In this document: one piece after another, positions 17,653 through 28,364 of the stretch
Position numbering within the stretch: position 1 is the first letter of the stretch
Layout of the letters: each line of letters opens with the position of its first letter
Assembly (NCBI GenBank): GCA_963662275.1
Contig: OY759316.1
Span: 1,024,001 to 1,088,000, forward strand
Length of the DNA stretch: 64,000 nt
Reading direction: 5' to 3'
Source of the DNA: Candidatus Cloacimonadales bacterium
Lineage (GTDB): Bacteria > Cloacimonadota > Cloacimonadia > Cloacimonadales > DAONDQ01
Made by a program: the position numbers and the translations under genes
The notes under the pieces: model-generated
The model's database searches: none
What the model saw: the letters and a program-made list of their open reading frames with translations, nothing else
Told to the model about the DNA's origin: nothing

Positions 17653-19133
17653 TATGCTTTCCTAAAATCAATAAAACCGTGCTGGATATCTGTGCTTATA
17701 AGTTGTACACGTACTTTGTTACCGACATCCATACCTTCAAAACCACTGACTAGTCTTCCTTCAACGTGGGGGTGAAGAAGACGAACATACGTCCCTTTAT
17801 TTGATGCACCTGTGATAATACCATCAAATTGTTCACCTATTTTTGAAGCCAGTAATAAGGCTGCTGCTGACTTGCTGACTTGCCGTTCCACTTTTTTTGC
17901 AGCGTCTTCAGCTTCCGTACAATGTTTGGCAAGAGCTTCCAGTTCTTGGGTTTGATATGGGGTAGGACGACCTGCCATCGCTGCTTTTAATAATCGTTGT
18001 GTGATGATATCAGGATAACGGCGATTAGGTGCAGTTGAGTGTGCGTAATCTTTAACGGCAAGACCGAAGTGTCCAATGGAATTGCTGCTGGGCTGTTCGA
18101 CTACATATTCTCCTCCGCCAAGTAGTTTAACAACACTGAGTGATAGATCAGAAAAGTGGACAGGATCTGTTTGTTTCTCTGATAAAAGAAATTGGTTAAG
18201 TGCCTTTGGATCAGGGTTTATTGGTAACTTAAATCCTTTTTCAGCAGCAAGCTCAATGATTCGATCCCAACGCTTGGGAATTCTGACAACACGCCTCAAA
18301 GAAGGCATTCCTTTTGCTGAAAGATAACAGGCAACAACTCCGTTTGCAGCGATCATGAAATCTTCAATAATATCTTTTGCCCGATTCGTATTATCTGTAA
18401 TCAAATCAGTAAGTTCATCTTTTTCAAAGACAGGCGTAGCTTCCATACTTACCAGTTCAAGAGCACCATGTTCATGTCGCAGAGCTTTCATTTTTTGGGC
18501 AATCTCATCCTGGAGACGCAGGTTCTCTTCCAATCTATTCACAAGGCTGACAGCATATGGTATAGGTTCAAATCCTTCCAGCCATTGTCCAACACTGTGA
18601 TAGCTAAGTTTAGCATAATTCCTGACTAATGCGGAATACACATCCGCTTGTTTCACACTTCCGTCATTTGCCATGATCATATCAACCACAATTGCCATAC
18701 GATCTGATTCAAAACCTAATGAAGTGAAATCATTCGAGAGTTTCTCAGGCAGCATCGGGAATATTTCAGCAGTTGTATAGATTGATGTAGTATTATGTCG
18801 TGCATGTTTATCCAATTCAGACTGCTGATTCACAAGAGCATCAACATCAGCAATGGCAACCAGTATCCTGGCATCTCCACCGGGTAGCTTCTCTGCATAA
18901 GTAAGCTGGTCAAGATCTTGAGAATCATGATTATCTATCGAGCACCAGATAATCTCTCTCAAGTCATGAGATGTTTTTTCCATGTGAGTAGCAGGTCCGT
19001 GAATCCTGTCCAATTCCGCAAGTTCTGATAACATGAAATCTGGAAGTAATCCTCTTTCAATCATAACACGATGAGCAATATTGCGTAAGATAGAGCGATG
19101 CTGCTTGTTTTCTATTTCTGACATATTATTCAC
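17652..19133 (-). CDS. RNB-domain exoribonuclease (short RNase II/R family) with C-terminal S1 domain
   Basis: SIDNHDSQDLDQ, VAIADV, IEDFMIAAN, HFGLA..YAHSTAPNRRYPD. Confidence 0.9.
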   Translation of the reverse strand: MNNMSEIENKQHRSILRNIAHRVMIERGLLPDFMLSELAELDRIHGPATHMEKTSHDLREIIWCSIDNHDSQDLDQLTYAEKLPGGDARILVAIADVDALVNQQSELDKHARHNTTSIYTTAEIFPMLPEKLSNDFTSLGFESDRMAIVVDMIMANDGSVKQADVYSALVRNYAKLSYHSVGQWLEGFEPIPYAVSLVNRLEENLRLQDEIAQKMKALRHEHGALELVSMEATPVFEKDELTDLITDNTNRAKDIIEDFMIAANGVVACYLSAKGMPSLRRVVRIPKRWDRIIELAAEKGFKLPINPDPKALNQFLLSEKQTDPVHFSDLSLSVVKLLGGGEYVVEQPSSNSIGHFGLAVKDYAHSTAPNRRYPDIITQRLLKAAMAGRPTPYQTQELEALAKHCTEAEDAAKKVERQVSKSAAALLLASKIGEQFDGIITGASNKGTYVRLLHPHVEGRLVSGFEGMDVGNKVRVQLISTDIQHGFIDFRKA

Positions 19134-19371
19134 CTTCCTAAATTAAATCATTGAGTTCCATTGTAAATACATACTAAATTATTGGATACAAAAATTTACA
19201 TCGATAAGCATATAATATATTCTCTTTACTGATAGTTCAATTGTGGTGCAGGATAAATTCCCATTGACAAGAATACTCTGAGAATCAATTCAATCAATGT
19301 GTTTCAGATACTGATTGGAACGCTATTTGCTAAATGAATGTCATTCAATAGATTTAGAAAAGGATATGATT

Positions 19372-20904
19372 ATGCAGCTTCACCAGGAATTTATTAAAAC
19401 CGCTAAACTGAACATGGATAGACTAGCTATTATTGATGTTATGATGGGCAAAGAATTGAAATATGATAAACTTCTGATTGCCTCATTGATTTTAGCGCAT
19501 CGTTTCAAGAAATATCCTGAAACTCGAATTGGCGTTATGATACCTACTTCTATTGGTTGTATGGTAACGGTAATGGGAATCCTGATGAGTGGGAAAACAC
19601 CGGCAATGATCAATTTCTCTACAGGTGCGATCGATAATTCCAAATATGCGCAGAGAAAATGCGGATTTAAAACAATCATCACTAGCAAGGCTCTCCTGGA
19701 AAAACTTAATCTTACACCAATACCTGGAATGGTCTTTTTAGAAGATATTATGGCTTCACTGAATGTCATCGAGAAATTACAAGCTGCCCTTCAATCTAAA
19801 CTACCCACGATAATTCTTCAGAATCTGGTTCACAAAGGCTCTCGCGAAGAAGCAGCTGTGATTCTCTTTACCAGCGGAAGTGAAAAAGACCCGAAGGCTG
19901 TACAGCTTTCCCATAAGAATCTTCTTCAGAATATCAATGCTTTTCCGGAAATGTTTGCTCTTTCGAAGGATGACATTATCTTGGCGAATTTGCCATTATT
20001 TCATGTATTTGGTTTTACCGTTACTTTTTTTCTGCCTCTGATCCTAGGTGGAACTTCTGTGGCTATCGCCAATCCATTGGATTATCAAATGATCGTGGAT
20101 TCCATCAAAAAATACAAAGCTACCTTAGTTGTGGCAACACCTACTTTTCTGCATGGTTATCTCAAGAAATCAAGTCCAGATGATTTTGCTTCTGTGAAAT
20201 ATCTCATGGCTGGAGCGGATAAACTTACTTCCCAAATTCGTGATGAGTACCTTCGGAAGCATCGTATTGAAATTATGGAAGGATATGGAGCTACTGAAAC
20301 CAGTCCGGTAGTAGCTGTAAATACTCCTCACGCAACTCGTTTTGGGAGTGTGGGTAAACCTATTCCCGGAGTCCAAGTACGAATCGTCGATCGTGAAACA
20401 GACGAAATACTTGGACCTGGTAAAGTGGGGAAAGTACTAGTCAAGGGTGATAATGTCATGCTTGGTTATTACGCTGATTTAGAAGAGACCTCAGTCCGTA
20501 TCCGTAATGGATGGTATGATACCGGCGATATGGGTATGATAGATGATGATGGTTATCTTTGGCATAAGGGAAGGCTAAAAAGATTTGTCAAGATAGGCGG
20601 AGAAATGATATCCTTGGTTTATGTTGAATCAGAGATGGAGAAGCTTTTACCGGAAGGAACTCTTTGCTGCGTTGTTGAGGTTCCTAATCCTTCGAAAGGA
20701 GCAGAGATTGTGGTTGCTTTGACTACCCAGGAAGTCGTTGCAAAGGATATTCAAAAGCAATTGAAAAAGATACTCCCTTCCATTGCCATGCCCAAAGAGT
20801 TCTATGTCATGGATAATCTACCGATGATGGGAAGTGGAAAAGTGAATTTCCGTGAAGTGGAAACTATCTGCAGGGAATTGCATGACCAGGCGAAGAAGAA
20901 GTAG
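19372..20904 (+). CDS. Aas-like acyl-ACP synthetase / AMP-binding enzyme
   Basis: LFTSGSEKDPKAV, EGYGATETSP, WYDTGD, GRLKRFVKIGGEM. Confidence 0.88.
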   Translation: MQLHQEFIKTAKLNMDRLAIIDVMMGKELKYDKLLIASLILAHRFKKYPETRIGVMIPTSIGCMVTVMGILMSGKTPAMINFSTGAIDNSKYAQRKCGFKTIITSKALLEKLNLTPIPGMVFLEDIMASLNVIEKLQAALQSKLPTIILQNLVHKGSREEAAVILFTSGSEKDPKAVQLSHKNLLQNINAFPEMFALSKDDIILANLPLFHVFGFTVTFFLPLILGGTSVAIANPLDYQMIVDSIKKYKATLVVATPTFLHGYLKKSSPDDFASVKYLMAGADKLTSQIRDEYLRKHRIEIMEGYGATETSPVVAVNTPHATRFGSVGKPIPGVQVRIVDRETDEILGPGKVGKVLVKGDNVMLGYYADLEETSVRIRNGWYDTGDMGMIDDDGYLWHKGRLKRFVKIGGEMISLVYVESEMEKLLPEGTLCCVVEVPNPSKGAEIVVALTTQEVVAKDIQKQLKKILPSIAMPKEFYVMDNLPMMGSGKVNFREVETICRELHDQAKKK

Positions 20905-20912
20905 TAGCAGAA

Positions 20913-21146
20913 GGTGTTAGGTGCTAGGTTCTAGGTGCTAGAGCAGAGAAGAGATGCAGAAGGTGTTAGGTTCCAGGTGCTGATAGCAGAAGGCACAAAG
21001 GCATGAAAGAGAGAAGAGAAAGCATTAAGAATTGTACGTGAGTTCTATAGTGATTAAATTCAACGAATTGTATCAAGGGATAAAAGACATTTTAAAAAGA
21101 TAGGTGTCAGGTACTTACTAGCACCTAACACCTAGAACCTAACACC
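20913..21146. repeat. Inverted clusters of heptamers (GGTGTTA/GGTGCTA/GGTTCTA) between convergent genes
   Basis: GGTGTTAGGTGCTAGGTTCTAGGTGCTAG after the aas-like stop; CTAGCACCTAACACCTAGAACCTAACACC after the argF stop. Confidence 0.7.
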
Positions 21147-21152
21147 TTTCCG

Positions 21153-22154
21153 CTAGTCTCCCAGTGTCGCCACCATCACAGCTTTGATCGTATGCATACG
21201 ATTCTCAGCTTCATCAAAGACAACGGAATTGGGACTTTCAAATACATCATTTGTTACTTCCATAGCAGGAAGTCCGAACTTGTTATTGATATCTCTACCA
21301 ATCACAGTATTCTGATCATGGAAAGCTGGCAGGCAATGCATGAAAAGAGTGGTTGATTTACCTGTCATTGCCATCATTTCCATATTAACCTGGAAAGGTT
21401 TGAGTAATTTGATACGGCTTTCCCATACGGAATCAGCTTCCCCCATGGAAACCCAAACATCGGTATAGATCACATCCGCATCTTTCACACCTTTAGCGAT
21501 GTTATCAGTGATGGTGATCTTAGCACCTGTATCAATAGCAATATCCTTACATTTATCAACTAGCTTTTTGTCTGGGTTCAATGATTTGGGAGTAATGATC
21601 CGGAAATCCATCCCCATCTTAGCTGCACCTATCATGAGGGCATTTGCCATATTGTTTCTGCCATCGCCTGAATAGACAAATACCATTTCATTATATGGTT
21701 TATTCAAATGTTCAGAAGCAGTGAGGAAATCTGCTAATATCTGTGTGGGATGATCTTCAGTGGTTAATCCGTTCCATACAGGGACGCCTGCATACTTTGC
21801 CAGGTCATTGACAATTTCCTGTCCATAACCACGATATTCGATACCATCATACATACGACCCAAGACACGGGCTGTATCAGCGATGGATTCTTTCTTGCCG
21901 ATCTGGCTGCCGCTTGGTCCAAGATACGTTACATGTGCTCCCTGGTCGTAAGCTGCCACTTCAAAGGCACAACGGGTACGTGTGGAGTCTTTTTCAAAGA
22001 TAAGGGCGATATTCTTCCCTTTCAATCGTTGTTGTTCTGTACCTGCATATTTTGCCTTCTTCAGGTCAGCAGATAAATCAAGTAGAAATAGAATTTCTTT
22101 TGGTGTAAAATCGAGTAATGTCAGAAAGTGCCGGTTTCTTAAGTTAAAAGCCAT
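21153..22154 (-). CDS. argF: Ornithine carbamoyltransferase
   Basis: [33 protein letters not shown]; may be the catabolic (ArcB) type. Confidence 0.96.
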   Translation of the reverse strand: MAFNLRNRHFLTLLDFTPKEILFLLDLSADLKKAKYAGTEQQRLKGKNIALIFEKDSTRTRCAFEVAAYDQGAHVTYLGPSGSQIGKKESIADTARVLGRMYDGIEYRGYGQEIVNDLAKYAGVPVWNGLTTEDHPTQILADFLTASEHLNKPYNEMVFVYSGDGRNNMANALMIGAAKMGMDFRIITPKSLNPDKKLVDKCKDIAIDTGAKITITDNIAKGVKDADVIYTDVWVSMGEADSVWESRIKLLKPFQVNMEMMAMTGKSTTLFMHCLPAFHDQNTVIGRDINNKFGLPAMEVTNDVFESPNSVVFDEAENRMHTIKAVMVATLGD

Positions 22155-22229
22155 GTCGCTCTCCTTTAAGGATTGAATTTGAGCTAAATTTAATGAATTG
22201 GTTCAGTAGGCAAGAAAAATCTGTTTACA

Positions 22230-23939
22230 CTAGTTCACAAAATCCCATTTAATACTCAACAAGTAAGTTAATGGCATCAATGAAGTATTAAAAGCATTTT
22301 CCTGGTTCATGATATTCTTTACCGTGAAACGTATGTCAAATTGCTTCGTGATTTGCAATCCCACATAAGCATCGAGAAGATCATCCAGGCTTTCATAACG
22401 AGCTGAAAGTATGGAAGTTGGTGACATACCAAAATCCAGGAATGATTTATCGCAATATGTTTGGGAGAATCCGAACATAAAACGATTATAATATGCCATA
22501 TCCATAAATGCATTAATATCTAAAGTAGATTGAAAATAAGGTGCTTCCAGTTTGTAATTGATTATTGTGTATAGCTTATGATACGTAAAGGGCATATTAG
22601 CGACCAATGAAATACAGGGCATCTGATCTTCCGCTTTATAGGTAAGCATATTAAACCCGTTATCCTGATTCTCTTGTTTGGTGACAAAGCCGAAATTAAA
22701 CTGGTACAACTGATTATACTGATTGTTAAACTGAAAACCAATTGTTGATTTAGAATATTGTAAGATCTTCTCATAGGGGATGCTTACGTTTTGAATATCA
22801 CCGGTTCTTTTAAAACCAGATACATTCAATACCATCGCGGTGCTACCTATAATTCTATACAGCCATTCATTATCATACCCAAAAGATAGTGGATTTGAAA
22901 TGTATATCTTACTTATTAAAAGTGATTTTGAGCTTTCATACTTGATCATCATTGTACCCAGGTCTTTCAAATCAGTAGGTGTTACAAACTGATTGTATTG
23001 TGAATACAATTCTGCTCCACCAAAATGTTCATATCTGACCTGCATGATGAATGGTTTGAAATTTACTTCTTTATCCACCAGTACCTGCCAGAAATTATGA
23101 CCACCGCTGAAAGATAGAGAATCACCGGTCCAATTGGCATGACTCATCTGGAATCCTGCATTCAGCCATTGATTCTGCCAGTATAGAGAGACCAATGCGC
23201 TTTTCTCTCTGATCGTCTGATATCCTGGAGCAGCATAGATCGTTTCATACTGAAAACGGGGAACATCCCAATCGAGTGAGTTGGCATGAAGCTGGAGGTT
23301 CCCACCTTTGGCAGCGAATTTTAAAAAGATGTCTTCAATGGTTGAATTATCATTCTGCCCACCCCAGATACCGCGTTGGAACAGTGCTCCAAATCTGCCA
23401 TACAAGCTATCTACAGAGACAAGTTCTTTTTTCCTGATTTGCATTTTAGCAAAATTCATATCCTGTCCACCGATGCCATATTCTGTTGAAGCAAGAGAAG
23501 CTGGATAGGGATACAGGTTCTCTTCAAATGAGATGGATCTGCCGAAGCTGATACAATCTGTGAAAGCCATACGTTTTTGAAGCTCATAACCGATTCCGAA
23601 AGGTGTTTGCCGAACGGTAAAGCCATGATCGTATAAATAGATGTCTTGTGCTGGTAATGCAGCGACATGATACTCTGAATTGTACATGAATACCTGTTTA
23701 TTAACACGTTCAAAAGGCTGGAATGTACGATTTACCAAAACGAGTGAATCTATAGTAGCTTTCATTGTAACTGGATTGAATGTGCTTTCCTGCTTTACCT
23801 GGGTTGTGTCTGCCTTAATTGATTGCTCAATATTCAATGAGTCTGAGTTCTCTATTTGCCTAACGTTTAAGGAATCAGCATCCTGAGCAAACAGAAATGC
23901 GCATCCAATCAGTAACAGGAACACATACAAATATCTCAT
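22230..23939 (-). CDS. Hypothetical outer-membrane beta-barrel protein
   Basis: Signal peptide MRYLYVFLLLIGCAFLFA; alternating beta-strand pattern, C-terminal W-D-F. Confidence 0.6.
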   Translation of the reverse strand: MRYLYVFLLLIGCAFLFAQDADSLNVRQIENSDSLNIEQSIKADTTQVKQESTFNPVTMKATIDSLVLVNRTFQPFERVNKQVFMYNSEYHVAALPAQDIYLYDHGFTVRQTPFGIGYELQKRMAFTDCISFGRSISFEENLYPYPASLASTEYGIGGQDMNFAKMQIRKKELVSVDSLYGRFGALFQRGIWGGQNDNSTIEDIFLKFAAKGGNLQLHANSLDWDVPRFQYETIYAAPGYQTIREKSALVSLYWQNQWLNAGFQMSHANWTGDSLSFSGGHNFWQVLVDKEVNFKPFIMQVRYEHFGGAELYSQYNQFVTPTDLKDLGTMMIKYESSKSLLISKIYISNPLSFGYDNEWLYRIIGSTAMVLNVSGFKRTGDIQNVSIPYEKILQYSKSTIGFQFNNQYNQLYQFNFGFVTKQENQDNGFNMLTYKAEDQMPCISLVANMPFTYHKLYTIINYKLEAPYFQSTLDINAFMDMAYYNRFMFGFSQTYCDKSFLDFGMSPTSILSARYESLDDLLDAYVGLQITKQFDIRFTVKNIMNQENAFNTSLMPLTYLLSIKWDFVN

Positions 23940-24907
23940 AACCACCCTTTGTCTTGATACCATTCGTAGGTTTCTTTTAAATTATTGACCATATTTGGCT
24001 TGGGCTTGAAACCTAGCAAGCTTTTTGCTTTCTCATTACTGACGACCCAGTTTTTACCTGTTATTTCATCTTTCTTCTGCCAGTTCAAGACAGGTGCTTT
24101 TTTCGTCAGGAAACCACCCATTTCGGATAAAGCTGCTATCGGTATCAGGAGAGAATCAGGTAATTGAAGTTGCAGTGTCCAAGTAGGAATCACTTTATGT
24201 AAAGCATCAACGAAATCAGACTGATTATATGTTTTCCCATCAGATGCGAAAAATATTTGGTAGTGGGATGCTTTAGCTTCCAGAACTTTCGATATCAAAT
24301 CAGCCAGTTCCCTGACATATACGAAACTGATTCTTTTGTCTGGTTTTCCCAAATTTACTGACAAATGCTTTTGAATTGCCTGGAAAAAAGATAGAAAATC
24401 TTTATCTCCAGGACCATACACGGATGCCGGGCGGATAATTGTCCACGGTTTCAGGCAACCATCGATTAGCAGATGCTCAGCAATACGCTTGCTGCGTCCA
24501 TAATCGGTAATAGGATTACAGGGATCAGTTTCCTTCTTTGCTTGACACGGTGCAGCCATACCGGCAGCTGCCTGGCTGCTCAACATGACCAATTGACTAT
24601 TTGTTTCATTTAATTGATAGGCATACATGACTTTCTTTGTTAGTTCAACATTTGCCTGATAATATTCATTCCAATTTCGGGCACGAACTAAGGCAGCACA
24701 GTGAATGATAATGTCTTGTCCTGAAAATGCTGTATTCAAATCCTCTTGTGAATAATCTGTCTTAATTTGCTGAATATGGGGGAAAAGAAGCTTACAATTT
24801 GCAGAATTGCGAACCATAGCTGTAACGCTATATCCCTGTTCTTGTAAATATTGGGTAAGATAAGAACCTACAAATCCATTAGCACCTGTGATAAGTATTC
24901 TTTTCAA
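23936..24907 (-). CDS. NAD-dependent epimerase/dehydratase family protein
   Basis: ITGANGFVG, YGRSK (YxxxK), IIRPASVYGP. Confidence 0.9.
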   Translation of the reverse strand: MKRILITGANGFVGSYLTQYLQEQGYSVTAMVRNSANCKLLFPHIQQIKTDYSQEDLNTAFSGQDIIIHCAALVRARNWNEYYQANVELTKKVMYAYQLNETNSQLVMLSSQAAAGMAAPCQAKKETDPCNPITDYGRSKRIAEHLLIDGCLKPWTIIRPASVYGPGDKDFLSFFQAIQKHLSVNLGKPDKRISFVYVRELADLISKVLEAKASHYQIFFASDGKTYNQSDFVDALHKVIPTWTLQLQLPDSLLIPIAALSEMGGFLTKKAPVLNWQKKDEITGKNWVVSNEKAKSLLGFKPKPNMVNNLKETYEWYQDKGWL

Positions 24908-24921
24908 TTCGCAATCCTTAT

Positions 24922-25040
24922 GTAGTACCGACTTCAGGCGGTAAGTTTCTGAATTATTAGTGTAGCACCCACGGTTGCTGAGCTTGTCGAAAGTATCAGC
25001 GGGTAATTCTATTCATGTAGCAACCACTTCAGCGGGTAAC
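24922..25040 (+). repeat. Three tandem GTAG REP-like hairpins
   Basis: GTAGTACCGACTTCAGGCGGTA (24922), GTAGCACCCAC...TCAGCGGGTA (24962), GTAGCAACCACTTCAGCGGGTA (25017). Confidence 0.6.
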
Positions 25041-25160
25041 GACTCATTCAATCTTATAATATCATCAATTTCTGGATAAATACTATATGGCAAGAAAAAA
25101 GAAAACAACTAATAACTCAAAACTAAAAGCTAAAAACTATAAGGTAAAGATATAAGCGTC

Positions 25161-25223
25161 TGGAGTTCAAATGCCCAAGCTCATTATCATTTAAAATCAT
25201 ACTTCAAGGGCATGCGGACTTTA
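25161..25223 (+). repeat. 63-nt hairpin module (unrecognised dispersed family)
   Basis: TGGAGTTCAAATGCCC...GGGCATGCGGACTTTA; homologous modules at 28062, 46691, 58026, 60197, 63645. Confidence 0.75.
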
Positions 25224-25276
25224 TAATCGATCTTACATCCCCAGTAGCGAAAACCTGCTTTTATTGATGCGCAATT

Positions 25277-25747
25277 TTATTGTACAAAAAATATACGATT
25301 CAGGTTACCGATGTCAGGCAATGTACCTTTCTTGAATTTGAAAAGTGGATTAACAACGAATTCATATTTCCCAGGTTTTTTGATAAAAACTGTATTTGTT
25401 ACAAACACTTGATCGTTTGGTTGGAGAACAGATATCGTATCCAATTTGGTTGCACTTGCTGTTGAGCTTGATTTCAAAGTATCACTGTAGGAAACAACAT
25501 CAATGACGGCTAGGGCAGTATTTGTAGAACTGGTACGATATTTAATTGCATAGATACCTAAATTGACAATTGTCAGCGAATAAGTGATAGGTTCACCAGC
25601 AAAATATGTTTCCTTCATGGTTTGAGTTGAATCCATAATGTTGCATTTGATTCTTACCAATCCGTTACTGATATCATTTGTAATTGCCGGGAGAATGCTG
25701 GATATCATGCAGGTTAAGGCTATTATAAGTAGATACAGAATACGCAT
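25277..25747 (-). CDS. Hypothetical secreted protein
   Basis: Signal peptide, Ig-like beta pattern, RBS GAGGTG. Confidence 0.6.
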   Translation of the reverse strand: MRILYLLIIALTCMISSILPAITNDISNGLVRIKCNIMDSTQTMKETYFAGEPITYSLTIVNLGIYAIKYRTSSTNTALAVIDVVSYSDTLKSSSTASATKLDTISVLQPNDQVFVTNTVFIKKPGKYEFVVNPLFKFKKGTLPDIGNLNRIFFVQ

Positions 25748-25905
25748 ATCACCACCTCTTTAAAGAAAAAGTAACCCGAATCGTACAGATGTCAATCTTT
25801 CACATGAATGAACGACTATCTAAGTTGTACACTGTACGCTGTACGCTGTTCCCTTCTGCAATTTCTATTGACATGAAAAAGATTATTTCAATATCTAATC
25901 ATTAA

Positions 25906-27909
25906 ATGAAATTTAAAAAACATATATTCTTGGAGGTAACTCTGAAATATCCGATATTACTTCTTTTCATTCTGTTATCCCTAAACTGCTTTGCCCTTGG
26001 TACATTGAAAGTTGAGAGTGTAAAGGCTCTTCCCGAGAACGAACTGCAATTAGACAAATATGATGCTGACGGTAAGCTAGCACCGCTGCTGATGATAAAA
26101 ACAAACCTGGAAAGCATCCAGTTTCAGAATGTGAGCCGTCCCACGAAGCATGCCCCGATCTATGACAAAATGCATGGATACTGGAAATGCTATCTGAATG
26201 TATCACAGCGATCATTGGAAATAGGGGCTCCAGGCTATGAAACTGTCCAAGTCAATCTGCTTAACGACTATCGTATCGATGCGAAGGAAAAGCGATGCTA
26301 TGAACTTGTTCTGTCGAATTTCCCCGAGCATGAAAAGATACCTTTTGCCATCATTAGCGACCCGGCAGATGCAGAGAAATGGGTGGATGGAGAGAAACTG
26401 GGAAGCAGCCAGAATCAACAGATTGCCATTGGAGAGCACCAGTTGGAATTGAGGAAAGATGGATACAAGACCTTGAAAGCCGTTTTGCAAGTGAGTAAGG
26501 ATAATGTGGCAGCGCAATACAAATTAGAACAAGCCGAACCGGTGAAAATCACCATCAAGAGTATTCCGTCAGAAGCACAGATATTCATCGATAATATCCC
26601 TGAAGGAACTACGAATAAGCAGCCTTATAAATATCCGGGAGTCTATCATCTGCGTCTGATCAAAGGCGGTTATGACACAGTGGAAGATACGATTACAGTC
26701 ACTGAAACAGGTCTGAATACATTTAGCTATAACCTTGTCAAAGTTTCAGTGACATTGAACCTAACAGTAATACCTTCCGATGCTATCGTGAATATAGATA
26801 ATCAGCCTTATAATAACACTTCCCTCGATCTTGCACCAGGTACGCATAAACTGGAAGTTGGTAAACCAGGTTACGACACGGAAACGAGACAGATAACTTT
26901 GGAAAAGGGAAAAGACATAAGTTTGAATATCAGCCTAATTCAGCAAATGGGCAAGCTCATGTTTACCGTGGAACCGATGGAGGCTTCTGTCAGCTTGAAT
27001 ACAGGGCAGAAATGGGACGGCTCCAACCACATAGACCTGCCTGTAGGCACTTACACTGTTACTGCCATTCTCAATGGATACATGAAGAAAGAGACGAGTT
27101 TTACAGTTGAAAAAGGGAAAGATACAAAGATTGATCTGAGAATGGTTAGAGGGTCTTCTAGCAATGTAAAAAGCAATGCAAATGCTGATAGAGAGATGGT
27201 TTATGTAGTAGGTGGAACTTTCACAATGGGTGACACAGCCGGTGGTGAAGAGGATGATGAAATACCTATACACCAGGTTACGCTTTCTTCCTTTTCTATT
27301 GGTAAATACGAAGTAACGCAGAAACAGTGGAAAGAAGTAATGGGCGATAACCCATCCAATTTCAAAAGTGATAATTTGCCAGTGGAACAAGTATCCTGGA
27401 ATGACTGTGTGGAATTCTGTAACAAGCTGAGTCAAAAAGAAGGCTTAACACCCAGTTACAATGGAAACGGAGCAGATATTTCCTGCGAATGGAATGCTAA
27501 CGGCTACAGATTACCCACGGAAGCAGAATGGGAATATGCAGCCAAGGGTGGTAACCAGAGCGGTAGTTATAACTATTCTGGAAGTGACGATCTTGGAAGT
27601 GTTGCTTGGTTTGCTGATAATGCCTCAAGCACAACCCACCAGGTTGGTCAGAAACAGGCAAACGAACTTGGCTTATACGACATGAGCGGAAATGTGTGGG
27701 AATGGTGTTGGGATTGGTATGATGAAAGCTACTACAACAAGAACCATGCATCCAACCCTCGAGGAGCAGATATGGGCTCGTACAGAGTCTTACGGGGCGG
27801 GTCTTGGGGCTTCAGTGTCAACCTCTGCCGTATTTCCTACCGCAGCGGCAGCGGTCCAGACGGTAGGTTCAGCTACAACGGCTTTCGTCTTGTTCGGAAT
27901 CCTCAATGA
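25906..27909 (+). CDS. PEGA-repeat protein with C-terminal FGE-sulfatase (SUMF1/CLec-fold) domain
   Basis: Multiple PEGA repeats; FTMG, KYEVTQ, YRLPTEAEWEYAA, GLYDMSGNVWEW, RGGSW...GFRL. Confidence 0.9.
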   Translation: MKFKKHIFLEVTLKYPILLLFILLSLNCFALGTLKVESVKALPENELQLDKYDADGKLAPLLMIKTNLESIQFQNVSRPTKHAPIYDKMHGYWKCYLNVSQRSLEIGAPGYETVQVNLLNDYRIDAKEKRCYELVLSNFPEHEKIPFAIISDPADAEKWVDGEKLGSSQNQQIAIGEHQLELRKDGYKTLKAVLQVSKDNVAAQYKLEQAEPVKITIKSIPSEAQIFIDNIPEGTTNKQPYKYPGVYHLRLIKGGYDTVEDTITVTETGLNTFSYNLVKVSVTLNLTVIPSDAIVNIDNQPYNNTSLDLAPGTHKLEVGKPGYDTETRQITLEKGKDISLNISLIQQMGKLMFTVEPMEASVSLNTGQKWDGSNHIDLPVGTYTVTAILNGYMKKETSFTVEKGKDTKIDLRMVRGSSSNVKSNANADREMVYVVGGTFTMGDTAGGEEDDEIPIHQVTLSSFSIGKYEVTQKQWKEVMGDNPSNFKSDNLPVEQVSWNDCVEFCNKLSQKEGLTPSYNGNGADISCEWNANGYRLPTEAEWEYAAKGGNQSGSYNYSGSDDLGSVAWFADNASSTTHQVGQKQANELGLYDMSGNVWEWCWDWYDESYYNKNHASNPRGADMGSYRVLRGGSWGFSVNLCRISYRSGSGPDGRFSYNGFRLVRNPQ

Positions 27910-28061
27910 TTTTCCATTTCTTTTACTCTATTCCCCTTTTTAGCCGGAACGCTGTTTTCAAACGGCTATGCAGTTTCAACTGGCAAAATGCAAGAAATAG
28001 CTTAATAGATTAAGCGTTCCAATCAAAGCAGGTTACCCCTATCGAGGATAAAAGGTCGAGA

Positions 28062-28203
28062 TGAAGTCCACATTTCCTTGTAGTTGAGTATTCGTAAAAG
28101 ATTCGAAGGAAATATGAACTCCATACTCTTGGCTTTCATGTAAAGTCCGCATGCCCTTTTGGTCAGGTATTATTGGTAATTAGGCTAGGGCATTTTGACT
28201 CCA
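28062..28203 (-). repeat. Two tandem hairpin modules (62 + 63 nt)
   Basis: TGAAGTCCACATTTCCT...AGGAAATATGAACTCCA (28062-28123); TAAAGTCCGCATGCCCT...AGGGCATTTTGACTCCA (28141-28203). Confidence 0.8.
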
Positions 28204-28364
28204 GAAGCTTAGCTGCATTTGATTCAATCCGTAGGATGCCATTCCGTTAGCCCAGTAAGTCCTTCCTGGGTTTGCGATATAATGTAGATTCCACCTGAAA
28301 TTTGTACGTAAGAGTCTGGAAGACGGCACTTACCGATAACAATGCTATTAAATGTTTTTTATTA

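Noticed and set aside
16025..17775. Short ORFs (60-71 aa) in the array, and 15210-15431
   Set aside because: They are by-products of the 95-bp periodicity, lack RBSs and repeat the same frameshifting peptide.
28062..28203. Integron attC sites as the identity of the 62-64 nt modules
   Set aside because: No RYYYAAC/GTTRRRY cores, orientations are mixed, neighbours are not cassette-like and no integrase is present.
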